DNA from: a bacterium
Lineage (GTDB): Bacteria; UBA8248
Length of the DNA: 64,000 nt
Direction: 5' to 3'
Assembly: GCA_965202625.1 (NCBI GenBank)
Contig: CBDBBI010000010.1
Coordinates: forward strand, 1,760,001-1,824,000
Under the pieces are notes generated by a model. The model was given only the letters and a program-made list of their open reading frames with translations. It did not search any database and was not told the origin of the DNA. Below, in pieces: positions 10,187 to 18,860 of this stretch (position 1 is its first letter; each line of letters begins with the position of its first letter). Position numbers and translations under genes: made by a program.

Positions 10187-11356
10187 ATGAACACCGCGCC
10201 GCATCTGAAGACAAACGCGCGTCTCGACGCCCTTCTCCGTGATTTTGAAGCGCTCGCGGGACGGCAGTTAGGCTATCCGTGCAACCAGAATTTCGACTAC
10301 TCCGCCCTGCTGCCCTTTTTTCAGTATTGTCCCAACAACGTCGGCGACCCCTTTCACGACAGCAATTTCCGTAGCAACACCCACGAGATGGAGCGCGAGG
10401 TCATCACCCATTTCGCCGGCCTGATGCGGCTGGAGGAGGAGCGCGCCTGGGGCTACGTCACCTCCGGCGGAACCGAGGGCAACATGTACGGCCTCTATAT
10501 GGGGCGCGAGCTGTTCCCCAACGGCATGGTGTATTTCTCCCAGGATACGCACTACAGCGTCATCAAGATATTGAGCGTGCTGAACATACGCAACATCATG
10601 ATCAAGAGCCAGGAGAACGGGGAGATAGATTACGAGGACCTGCGCGAGACGATACGCATCCACCGGGACGTCCCCGCCATCATCATGGCGAACGTCGGCA
10701 CGACGATGAAAGGAGCGGTGGACGACGTGGACAAGGTGCGCGGCATCCTTGACGACCTGGCGGTGACGAACTCCTACGTTCACGCGGACGCCGCCCTGAG
10801 CGGCATGATCCTGCCCTTCGTCGAGAATCCGCAGCCCTACGGGTTCGACGCCGGCTTCGACAGCGTGTCGATCAGCGGGCACAAGCTCATCGGCTGCCCG
10901 CTGCCCTGCGGCGTCGTCCTCACAAAGCGCGACTATGTGGCGCGCATCGCGCGCGCCGTAGAATACGTGGGCGTGCTGGACACCACGCTGTCAGGCTCGC
11001 GCAACGCGCTGACGCCCCTCATGCTGTGGTATGCGCTGAATTGCCATGGGCCGGAGGGGTTCCGAAAGCTCGTGGCGGAGATGCTGGGAGTCGCCGAATA
11101 CGCGGTGGAACGCTTCAACCACCGGGGGGTTTCCGCCTGGCGGCACCGCAATTCGGTCACGGTCGTTTTTCCGAGGCCGGCGCCCGACGTCTTGCGCAAG
11201 TGGCAAATCGCCCCGCTGGGAGACATCGCCCACCTCATCACCATGCCGCACGTCACGCGGGAGATGATAGACGAGTTCATAGACGACTGCACAAATGCGC
11301 AACAGGGGCGGAAGCCCAGGGAGGATTCTGCATGCATCGAATCATCATCACGGTGA
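10187..11356 (+). CDS. hdcA: PLP-dependent histidine decarboxylase (group II decarboxylase)
   Basis: GYP..NFDY, WGYVTSGGTEGN, DTHYSV, HADAALSGMILPF, SGHK (PLP lysine), GSRN; matches enterobacterial Hdc motifs; GGAGG RBS. Confidence 0.85.
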   Translation: MNTAPHLKTNARLDALLRDFEALAGRQLGYPCNQNFDYSALLPFFQYCPNNVGDPFHDSNFRSNTHEMEREVITHFAGLMRLEEERAWGYVTSGGTEGNMYGLYMGRELFPNGMVYFSQDTHYSVIKILSVLNIRNIMIKSQENGEIDYEDLRETIRIHRDVPAIIMANVGTTMKGAVDDVDKVRGILDDLAVTNSYVHADAALSGMILPFVENPQPYGFDAGFDSVSISGHKLIGCPLPCGVVLTKRDYVARIARAVEYVGVLDTTLSGSRNALTPLMLWYALNCHGPEGFRKLVAEMLGVAEYAVERFNHRGVSAWRHRNSVTVVFPRPAPDVLRKWQIAPLGDIAHLITMPHVTREMIDEFIDDCTNAQQGRKPREDSACIESSSR

Positions 11357-11724
11357 AAAACGACGTCGGAGTCATCGCGGACATCAGCAAGACGCTGGCC
11401 GATGCGAACGTGAACATCCAGGCGCTCAACACCGAGGCGGCCGGCGAGAAGGGCGTCGTCATCCTGACGACGGACGAATCCGACCACGCCCTGCGCGCGC
11501 TCAAGAACGCGGGCTTTCGGGCGGTCACGGACGAGGCGATGGTCATCAGGCTGCGCGACGAGCCGGGCGCGCTCGCCAGGGTGGCGGAGAGGTTCAAGAA
11601 CGCAGGGGTGAACATCCGCAGCATGCACATACTGGATCACCACGCCGGCCACGCGACGGTCGCCCTGACCGCCGACGATCAGGCGAAAGCGAAAACGCTG
11701 GTCGGGGACGAGAACATTCTCTGA
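11332..11724 (+). CDS. Tandem ACT-domain protein
   Basis: MHRIIITVKNDVGVIADISKTLADANVNI and IRLRDEPGALARVAERFKNAGVNI are two ACT repeats; GGAGG RBS. Confidence 0.88.
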   Translation: MHRIIITVKNDVGVIADISKTLADANVNIQALNTEAAGEKGVVILTTDESDHALRALKNAGFRAVTDEAMVIRLRDEPGALARVAERFKNAGVNIRSMHILDHHAGHATVALTADDQAKAKTLVGDENIL

Positions 11725-11795
11725 AGATGAAGCGCCGCGCGCGCAGAAAACGCCTCGGCAGAAAGCGCCGGCCTGAACACCCATGGAGACTGGAG

Positions 11796-12320
11796 ATGAC
11801 GAACGCCCGAAAACGAAAACCGATCTTGCGCCTGTCCGTCGCCCTGGCCATGCTCGCGCCGCTTCTCTTCGCCTCCGGAGCGTCGGGAGAAATTTCAGAT
11901 ATCAAACGTTTCGAACTCTTCGCCGCGTGCAAGCCGATGCACCTTGTCGTGGAACGCTTGCCCTCTGACGCGAGCAAGATCGGCCTCACTAGAGAGGCGA
12001 TTCAGGCTGCCGTCGAGAGCCGCCTGCGTTCGGCGCGTATTTATGAACCAACGCGATCAGCGCTTTTCCTCTACGTCAACGTGAACGTCGTTGGCAGGGC
12101 GCATAGCCATAGCATCGCTCTGGAGTTCAATAAAAGGGTTCACGACCCTTTGTCGGGTATAACCTCTGTAGCGACTACATGGCAGACTGGCAGTATCGGC
12201 ACGAACGGCGGGTATGCGGGAAACGTTCTGTCCTCGGTGTCCGAGCACATAGACGAGTTTCTCGTCGAATATCTGCGCGTGAACGAGAAGGCGTGCGCGA
12301 AGCGTTTCGCCGCGCCGTGA
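11796..12320 (+). CDS. Hypothetical secreted protein
   Basis: GGAG RBS, signal peptide MTNARKRKPILRLSVALAMLAPLLFASGASG, two Cys near the termini of the mature part. Confidence 0.7.
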   Translation: MTNARKRKPILRLSVALAMLAPLLFASGASGEISDIKRFELFAACKPMHLVVERLPSDASKIGLTREAIQAAVESRLRSARIYEPTRSALFLYVNVNVVGRAHSHSIALEFNKRVHDPLSGITSVATTWQTGSIGTNGGYAGNVLSSVSEHIDEFLVEYLRVNEKACAKRFAAP

Positions 12321-12393
12321 GCCGAGAAGGAAGAGGGAACATGAAACCGATGCGCATCGGCGCGCGTTTTCGCAATGGAGACGCTGCGGAACC

Positions 12394-12419
12394 GTAGGGA
12401 CAGGTGCGCGACCTGCCCC
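12394..12419 (+). repeat. GTAG-type REP-like palindrome
   Basis: GTAGGGACAGGT-GCGCG-ACCTGCCCC hairpin between convergent genes; single copy seen here. Confidence 0.4.
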
Positions 12420-12562
12420 GCAAAGCGCATCCGCACAGCCCTTTCAGCCGAAAACCGGCGGAGAGTGGGGTTCACCGCCTCTCACAAAGGCGCTTTCACT
12501 GGTTGCGCGCGCGACCTTCACGGAATAAGCACGGGCGCGCAAGCGTCCTATCCCCTCGTGAA

Positions 12563-13432
12563 TCACCCCGCCAGAATGAGCAGAACGATGCCCGCCAGAA
12601 TCACCCCCCCGCCAAGGAGGGTTTCGCCGACGCGCTCGCCCTCCCCGAAGAAGAGATAGCCGATGGCGATGGCGAGCAGAATCTCGACCTGCTTCACCGA
12701 CTCCACGTAGGAGGTGAGCGTGAGGCGGTAGGCTTCCGCCTGGGCGAGGCTCGTGATGAAGGCGAAAAATCCCAGCGCCACGAAGCCCTTCCAGAGCCTG
12801 GGAGCCTGCCTGAAGCGCGCGGCGGATTTCCAAAGGGTCACGGGCAGGACGACCAGAGAGGCCACCGCATACGCCACGAGCGTGCCGAAGGGCCCATCAG
12901 AGAGCACCGCCGCCTGTTTGAAGGTGATGACCGAGGGGGCGTACATCAAAGAAGAGAGCAGCGTGTAGCGCATCCCCTTATCGGCGTAGATGGCGCGAAC
13001 CGGCTCGAACCAGCCGATTCGCGCGCGCGAGACGTTCAGCCCGTATACGCCCGCCAACGTCAGAAGCACCCCCGACAGCCCCCAGACGGAGGGCGCCTCG
13101 CCCAGCGTGATGAAGGAGAGTGCGACCAGCCAGATGAGCGAGAGTTTCCACAACGACGTCACCACCCCTATCGCGCCATGTAGAAGCGCCTTGGAGAGCA
13201 TGAGAGTGGCCAGGGTTTGAGAGAGGCCGAACAGGACGCACACCCACCAGAAGCCGGGCCGTATCTCGGGCACTCCCTTCATCCACACCGCCAGGGCGGC
13301 GAAAGGGAGCAGAAACGCGAATCGCCCCAGGACGTTGATGTATGCGTCGAGCTGGTGGCCGATAGATTTCATCGCCGCGTTTCGAGACGCCTGCGCGAGG
13401 GCTGCGACGACGGAGAACGCTACCCAGTCCAT
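12563..13432 (-). CDS. EamA/DMT family transporter
   Basis: 289 aa, about 10 hydrophobic segments, two repeats ending LGEAP / FFGEG. Confidence 0.88.
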   Translation of the reverse strand: MDWVAFSVVAALAQASRNAAMKSIGHQLDAYINVLGRFAFLLPFAALAVWMKGVPEIRPGFWWVCVLFGLSQTLATLMLSKALLHGAIGVVTSLWKLSLIWLVALSFITLGEAPSVWGLSGVLLTLAGVYGLNVSRARIGWFEPVRAIYADKGMRYTLLSSLMYAPSVITFKQAAVLSDGPFGTLVAYAVASLVVLPVTLWKSAARFRQAPRLWKGFVALGFFAFITSLAQAEAYRLTLTSYVESVKQVEILLAIAIGYLFFGEGERVGETLLGGGVILAGIVLLILAG

Positions 13433-13607
13433 TTCACGCTCCTCGCCATGACGAGAGAAATCAAGGCGTTTTCTACGCGCACTTGGGCGCTAAGTCCAGC
13501 AGGGAGACGGCGGCAATTCTCATCCGGCTATCTTCGGCGTCTGACAAAAAAGAGCGCGTGTGCTAGGCTTGTGCGGACGATTCATCCTTCAGAAGGGGCC
13601 TTCGCGC

Positions 13608-14636
13608 ATGATACGAGACGACGTTTTCGTGTTCGACAACGTGGTCCACATGTATGACTACTCGGACGAGAATCTCCTCTCGGCGCAGAGCGCATACGAT
13701 CGCCACTATCACGTGAGCAAAGTGATCGGCAGAAGGCGGACGTCGCCTTCCGACGTCTATGCGGAGTGGGACCCGGTGGAGGGCTTCAAGCGCCGTTGGA
13801 GCGTGGAAGACATGGGTCGCCTCGTCTTCGAGGATTCTGGCACGGACATGGCGATGGCCCAGGCGGTGCCCTTATTCGACTTATACAAGGACGGCTTCGC
13901 GCCGGTGCGGGCGCAGTACGCGTTCACCCAGGCGTATCCGGAACGCGCCCTGTTCTGCGGGGCGGTGGACCCGATGTATCCGAGCGTAGCCGCCGCCTGC
14001 GAGGAGATGGAGCGCCAGGTGAAGGAGTGGGGGGCGAAGTCCATCAAAATCTATAACGCCCACGTGGACGGGAAATCATGGGCGTGCGACGACCCCGAAA
14101 TCGCTTATCCCCTTTACGAGAAAGGGCGCGAGCTGGGGGTGCGGGTCTTTCAGTTTCACAAGGGAAACCCCATCACCAGGGCCAAATTGCGCGACCTCTC
14201 GCCCCTGGACATCGAGGGCGCCGCCATGGATTTCCCCGATCTGCTCTTCGGCGTCCACCATCTGGCGGTGCCCTATTTTGAGGAGGTCGTATGGATGGCG
14301 AACCGCTACGAGAACGTCTTTCTCGTTCTCTCGGGCGTCGGCCACACCCCTATGATCGCGCCAAGAACCTTCACCGAGTGGATGGGCAGGCTGCTGCGCG
14401 ACGTGGGCGCGGAGAGAATTCTCTGGGGCTCGGAAATGGCGCTTCTCGGAAACGCGCGGCCCGTGCTCGAGTGGATATGGGAGATGGAGATTCCCGAATC
14501 CATGCAGGAGGACTACGGCTATCCGCAAATCACCGAGGAGGACAAGCGCAACATCCTGGGGTTGAACCAGGCGCGCATCTTCGGCGTGGACGTGGTGGCG
14601 AAGATGCGAGAGCTCTGGAGCGCAGAGACGAGATGA
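13608..14636 (+). CDS. Amidohydrolase-2 family TIM-barrel metal-dependent hydrolase
   Basis: VFDNVVH, FHKG, VHHL, RILWGSE, ILGLNQARIFG. Confidence 0.85.
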   Translation: MIRDDVFVFDNVVHMYDYSDENLLSAQSAYDRHYHVSKVIGRRRTSPSDVYAEWDPVEGFKRRWSVEDMGRLVFEDSGTDMAMAQAVPLFDLYKDGFAPVRAQYAFTQAYPERALFCGAVDPMYPSVAAACEEMERQVKEWGAKSIKIYNAHVDGKSWACDDPEIAYPLYEKGRELGVRVFQFHKGNPITRAKLRDLSPLDIEGAAMDFPDLLFGVHHLAVPYFEEVVWMANRYENVFLVLSGVGHTPMIAPRTFTEWMGRLLRDVGAERILWGSEMALLGNARPVLEWIWEMEIPESMQEDYGYPQITEEDKRNILGLNQARIFGVDVVAKMRELWSAETR

Positions 14637-14971
14637 GAGACTACGACGCCCTCACCTCGGACGTGGAGGACATCATCGAAACACAGATTCGCCCGCTTCT
14701 CAAGATTCACGGCGGCGGAATCTCGCTCAAAAGCGTGAGCGAGAGGGGAGAGGTGTCGCTTCGCTTTGAGGGGGCGTGCCGGGGTTGCGCCCTCAAAAGC
14801 GTCACTTACGCCCTGGGCGTCCGACAAAAGCTCATGCAGCATCCGGAGGTATCGGACGTGACGGTCGAGGGCGTTCGCCTCTCCAGGCACGCCATCAAGC
14901 GGGTCGAGAAATTCTACTCCGGCTACTCGTTCTGGGTGGGGCATCCGGTCAAAAGCCCCTCATCCCCTTGA
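14633..14971 (+). CDS. NifU C-terminal-like (Nfu) domain protein
   Basis: IRPLLKIHGGGI..FEGACRGC; ATGA overlap with the upstream gene. Confidence 0.85.
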   Translation: MRDYDALTSDVEDIIETQIRPLLKIHGGGISLKSVSERGEVSLRFEGACRGCALKSVTYALGVRQKLMQHPEVSDVTVEGVRLSRHAIKRVEKFYSGYSFWVGHPVKSPSSP

Positions 14972-15585
14972 TCGCCGCGCGCTACCGAAACGCGAAGAGC
15001 CTGCGTCTTTTGTCCGGTTGGTTCATCCTGTTCGCCATCTTCGTCATTCTGGCGATCATCATCGGCGTCAGAAACTCCATCGGCGTCTTCTTCAAAGAAA
15101 TCTCCGGCGCGTTCGGCTGGAATCGCGCGCAGACGGCCGCCGCCTTCACCATGCGCATGCTCGGACAGGCGGTGGCGGCCCCTTTCACCGGCTGGGCACT
15201 TGAGCGCTTCAACATACGGTGGGTGATAGCCGCGGGCATTATCGTGAACGGATGTGCCCTCCTCATCGGGGCCCACATAGGCGCGCTCTGGCATTTTTAC
15301 GCCATGTATTTTCTGCTCTCCGTGGGCTTCGCCCTCGGTTTCGTCCGGCCTACCGCGTCCTCCCTTCTGGCCGATCATTTCGCTGGGCCAGGCTTCGGTC
15401 TGCTGAACGGGTGCGCGATGATAGTCTTCTCTATCGTGGGTGCCCTCGGCCCCCTTGTGACGGGAATGCTCTTCGACGCGAGCGGAACCTACTACGGGGG
15501 CTTTCTCATCGCCGGCGGCATGTTCATCGCGGGCACGCTCTTCCTCGCGCGCCTCTCAAGGCTTCCGCGTCCTGAGCGCGGCTAG
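14968..15585 (+). CDS. Half-size MFS transporter (internally deleted paralog of the next gene; possibly a pseudogene)
   Basis: 205 aa; N-terminus aligns to the start and C-terminus to the end of the 15590 MFS; TTGA overlap. Confidence 0.65.
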   Translation: MIAARYRNAKSLRLLSGWFILFAIFVILAIIIGVRNSIGVFFKEISGAFGWNRAQTAAAFTMRMLGQAVAAPFTGWALERFNIRWVIAAGIIVNGCALLIGAHIGALWHFYAMYFLLSVGFALGFVRPTASSLLADHFAGPGFGLLNGCAMIVFSIVGALGPLVTGMLFDASGTYYGGFLIAGGMFIAGTLFLARLSRLPRPERG

Positions 15586-15589
15586 GTTC

Positions 15590-16849
15590 ATGGGGCAAAT
15601 GCGTCCGGGCGAATCGCGCCTCTGGTACGGCTGGGTGGTTCTGGTGGTCGTTTATCTCGTCATGCTCACGCTCATCGCCTTTCGCGCCACCATCGGTCCC
15701 TTCTTCAAGGAAATCTCCGGCGAGCTGGGCTGGAGCCGCGGGGCGACGGCGGCGGCTTTCTCGATCGGAATGCTCGCCCAAGCGGTCGTCTCGCCGCTGG
15801 CGGGCGTTTTTTCTGACCGCTGGAGCATTCGGGCCTCCATGTCGGCGGGCGTTCTGATATTCGGTCTCTCCCTGCTCATCGGAAGCCAAATCACCGCGCT
15901 TTGGCAGTTCTATCTGATGTACGTCGGCCTTTCCGCGGGCTTCGCCGCGGGCACGTGGGTCGCCCAGGTGCCCACGCTCTCCAACTGGTTCGTGAAAAAA
16001 AGAGGACTCACTCTCGGAATCGTCAACACCGCCCAGGGCGGAGCTTTCGGCCTAAACATCGCAACCCCCTACCTCATCGCTGGCCTGGGCTGGCGGATGA
16101 GCTATCTCGTTCTGGCGGGGACAATCTTGCTCATCGTCCTTCCCGTCTGCGCCATCTTCCACAGGGATCGCCCCTCCGACAAAGGCACCATCGCCGACGC
16201 CCCCTTCGTTCAGGCCGCGCCGGATGCGGAGGCCGCAAAACCGGCGCCCCCGCCGCCCAGCAACGCGCGCGTCTCTTTGCGCAACTTGCCGTTTTTCTTC
16301 TTTCTAGGCTCGTTTCTCCCCATGGCTTACACCTTCACGGGAATGCTCGTTCATCTCGTGCCCCACGCCACAGACCAGGGCTTCTCGCTAGAAGCCGCAA
16401 GCGTCCTGTTCGCCCTATGGGGATTCTGCCAGGTGGGGGCGAACCTCGTCAGTCCGGTTTCCGATAGGCTGGGGCGAGTTCCGACGTTCCTCATCGGGGC
16501 GGGTCTCGGCGTATTCTCCACCCTCGTTTTGGCTGTCTATGAACGGGGAGACCCAGAGGTGCGCTTCTATCTCGGAACGATGGCCAACGGCGCCGCCCTC
16601 GGTCTCATGCGTCCCACCGGTTCGGCGCTCCTGGCGGATTATTTTGAGGGCCCCGGCTTCGGGCGCGTGAACGGAGTGGCGATGATGGGATTCGCCCTCG
16701 TGGGCTCGGCGGGGCCGTGGGCGACGGGCGCCCTGTTCGACCTGCAAAGCTCCTATCTGCTGGGCCTCTCGCTCTTCGCGCTCATGTTTTTTCTCTGCGG
16801 CGTCTTCGCTCTGTTGCTCGGGTGGATAAAAAAGGATAAGAGAGAATAA
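15590..16849 (+). CDS. MFS transporter
   Basis: 419 aa, about 12 TM, GVFSDRWSIR, NWFVKKRGL, SDRLGR. Confidence 0.92.
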   Translation: MGQMRPGESRLWYGWVVLVVVYLVMLTLIAFRATIGPFFKEISGELGWSRGATAAAFSIGMLAQAVVSPLAGVFSDRWSIRASMSAGVLIFGLSLLIGSQITALWQFYLMYVGLSAGFAAGTWVAQVPTLSNWFVKKRGLTLGIVNTAQGGAFGLNIATPYLIAGLGWRMSYLVLAGTILLIVLPVCAIFHRDRPSDKGTIADAPFVQAAPDAEAAKPAPPPPSNARVSLRNLPFFFFLGSFLPMAYTFTGMLVHLVPHATDQGFSLEAASVLFALWGFCQVGANLVSPVSDRLGRVPTFLIGAGLGVFSTLVLAVYERGDPEVRFYLGTMANGAALGLMRPTGSALLADYFEGPGFGRVNGVAMMGFALVGSAGPWATGALFDLQSSYLLGLSLFALMFFLCGVFALLLGWIKKDKRE

Positions 16850-16885
16850 GTCACTGCCTGAGCGCCTGCGCCTTTGAGGATGCAC

Positions 16886-17791
16886 ATGCCCATTAAAAAG
16901 GTTGATGGGTTCCATTTTCACCCAGAATCGCGCGAGCGCGTTCTCGCCCAGCGCCAGGCGGACTCCTCCAAAACGCCCTGGACGCCGATGCGCAAACCGC
17001 TTGCCGCGCGCCGGGTCACTCTGATCTCCACGGCCGGCATCTTCAGGAAGAATGACGTCTCCTTCGACTACGAGAGAGAGCGCCGGGAGGGTACTTGGGG
17101 AGACCCGACCCACCGGGAGATACCCAAAACGGCGGGGCAGGACGACGTGGTCTACTCTCATCTCCACGTCGACACCTCGTTCATGGCCGAGGACAGAAAC
17201 GTGGCTTGGCCGGTCGACGTCTTCCTGGATTTCGAAAAGGAGGGAAAAATCCGCGCTCTTGCGGACACGCTGTATTCCATCATGGGCTACATTCCGAATT
17301 TCAATCCGCTCGTGAAGCGCACCGCACCCCTTATGATTCAGAAGATGAAAGACGAGGACGTGGAGGCGGCGTTTCTCTTTCCGGTCTGACCCCTGTGCAA
17401 TCGGTCCGGCGGACTGCTCCAGCGCGAAATCGAAAAGGCGGGAATTTCCACCGTCATCATCTCCAACGTGCCTGAGACCATTGAGCGCGTTTGCGCGCCT
17501 AGGGCCGTCTTCGTCCAGTATCCCTTCGGACGGCAGTTGGGCCTCGTAGGAGATTACGACGGCCAGCGCAGGATTTGCGAAGACATGACGGCGCTGCTGG
17601 AGGAGGCGCAAGCCCCCAACGCCTATCGGCATCTGCCCTACGAGTGGTCCGAGCCGCCGGAGACCACGAAATGGCGTCCCGACGTCCCCCCACCCATATT
17701 CGCAATTCGGGCGGCGAAAGAGGGCGGCCAAAATCTGATGGACGACTACAAGGACGAGGAGCGAGTCGCGTATTCAGACACGAAGCGCTAG
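16886..17791 (+). CDS. PrdB/GrdB-like reductase selenoprotein B (UGA at 17387-17389 read as Sec)
   Basis: RVTLISTAG, GDPTHREIP, DRNVAWPVD, then AAFLFPV-UGA-PLCNRSGGLLQREIEKAGISTV continuing in frame to TAG 17791. Confidence 0.85.
17390..17425 (+). promoter_or_regulatory. Candidate bacterial SECIS hairpin
   Basis: CGGTCC-GGC-GGACTG stem-loop starting about 12 nt after the in-frame UGA. Confidence 0.5.
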
Positions 17792-17902
17792 CCGAATGCC
17801 CTACACTCCAGCCCCCAGAAGAATTACGCTTTCTCTATGTAGCCAGCCAAACAAAAATAATTACGAACGGCTTGGAAAAAAGGCCGTGAAAGGGAAAGGG
17901 GG

Positions 17903-18673
17903 TTATGAAGTCGCCGCATCCCGCACGGCACGCGAAAGACACCCGGGGCAGTGACATTGGTCATCACGGGGAGAATGAACGAGCCCGTGCAAAACACCTC
18001 CTTCAGAGTCGAACCTGGATGCGATTTTGCCAAAGTATCTGGTGTCGCGGATACTCGTATCTACGCCAAACGGCCCAAGCGACGAGATCGGCAATCTGGA
18101 TAATCCGCGAAGCTTGTGAATCAACGAACAGAGGAAACTCCGCCAAATTGTGCAACCTACCCCATCTCGTCCCCCGAACCCGAAACGTCCGGGCGAGACT
18201 TTGCAGCGCACCCTCGTAGTTCGATTTGTCCATGACGACGAGACCGCGATGTCTTCCCTCTTCCTTTTTTCCTGCTCGATCATAGATGCGTTTTAGTTGG
18301 AGGTTGAAGCGATTGCATATCTCTTCAAAAGCGTATTCAACCGGATCATTCGGGGCGCGTTGCACCTTATGAACTACAACCGCAAACAAACGCTCCGATG
18401 GCTTTCTCGGACGATGTCCAGAGCATCTGCGATGATTTGAGAGGATTTTTCCTTTGAAATTCCCTTCCAAGGATCTTCTCTTCTATTGTAGATGACGCTG
18501 GCATGAAGTTCTATATCTTCAGGAGGACCGAGGCCCAAGGATTCAACGAATTTATCAATGCGTTGAATCAAATGAAAAATTTGACGCTCGAATACGGAAA
18601 TGCCACCAAGAATGAAATACTCCTCGTTCGCGTTTCTCATCGAGCCGGAACCGTCAACATAGATGAGATACAT
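17903..18673 (-). pseudogene. DUF3800 domain protein, two frameshifts
   Basis: MYLIYVDGSG..YFILGG in one frame, LFAVVVHK..FVDSQASRIIQIADLVAW in a second, DTRYFGKIASRFD..HGLVH in a third; shifts near 18390 and 18050. Confidence 0.8.
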
Positions 18674-18717
18674 ATTGTCCTTGGGGAAGGGGGCGCGTTA
18701 CCCATTGATATAAAAAA

Positions 18718-18776
18718 GCAGCCGAGTGTGGAACCTGTCCACAGCGGACGGTAAATATCACAGCCCTCTCGACCGC
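18718..18776 (-). ncRNA. Candidate DUF3800-associated structured RNA (three-way junction)
   Basis: GCGGTCGAG/CTCGGCTGC closing stem, internal hairpins GGGCTGTGA-TAT-TTACCGTCC and TGTGGA-CAGGT-TCCACA, followed by TTTTTT; 44 nt upstream of the DUF3800 ATG. Confidence 0.65.
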
Positions 18777-18860
18777 ATAGTCCAAATAGGATATAGAACC
18801 TTTTGATCTGCCTTTTGGGGCACTGCTCAATGAAACCCTATCCCTATTCAAGCACCGCGT

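Noticed and set aside
16415-17731. 438-aa minus-strand ORF
   Set aside because: Shadow of the MFS and selenoprotein genes
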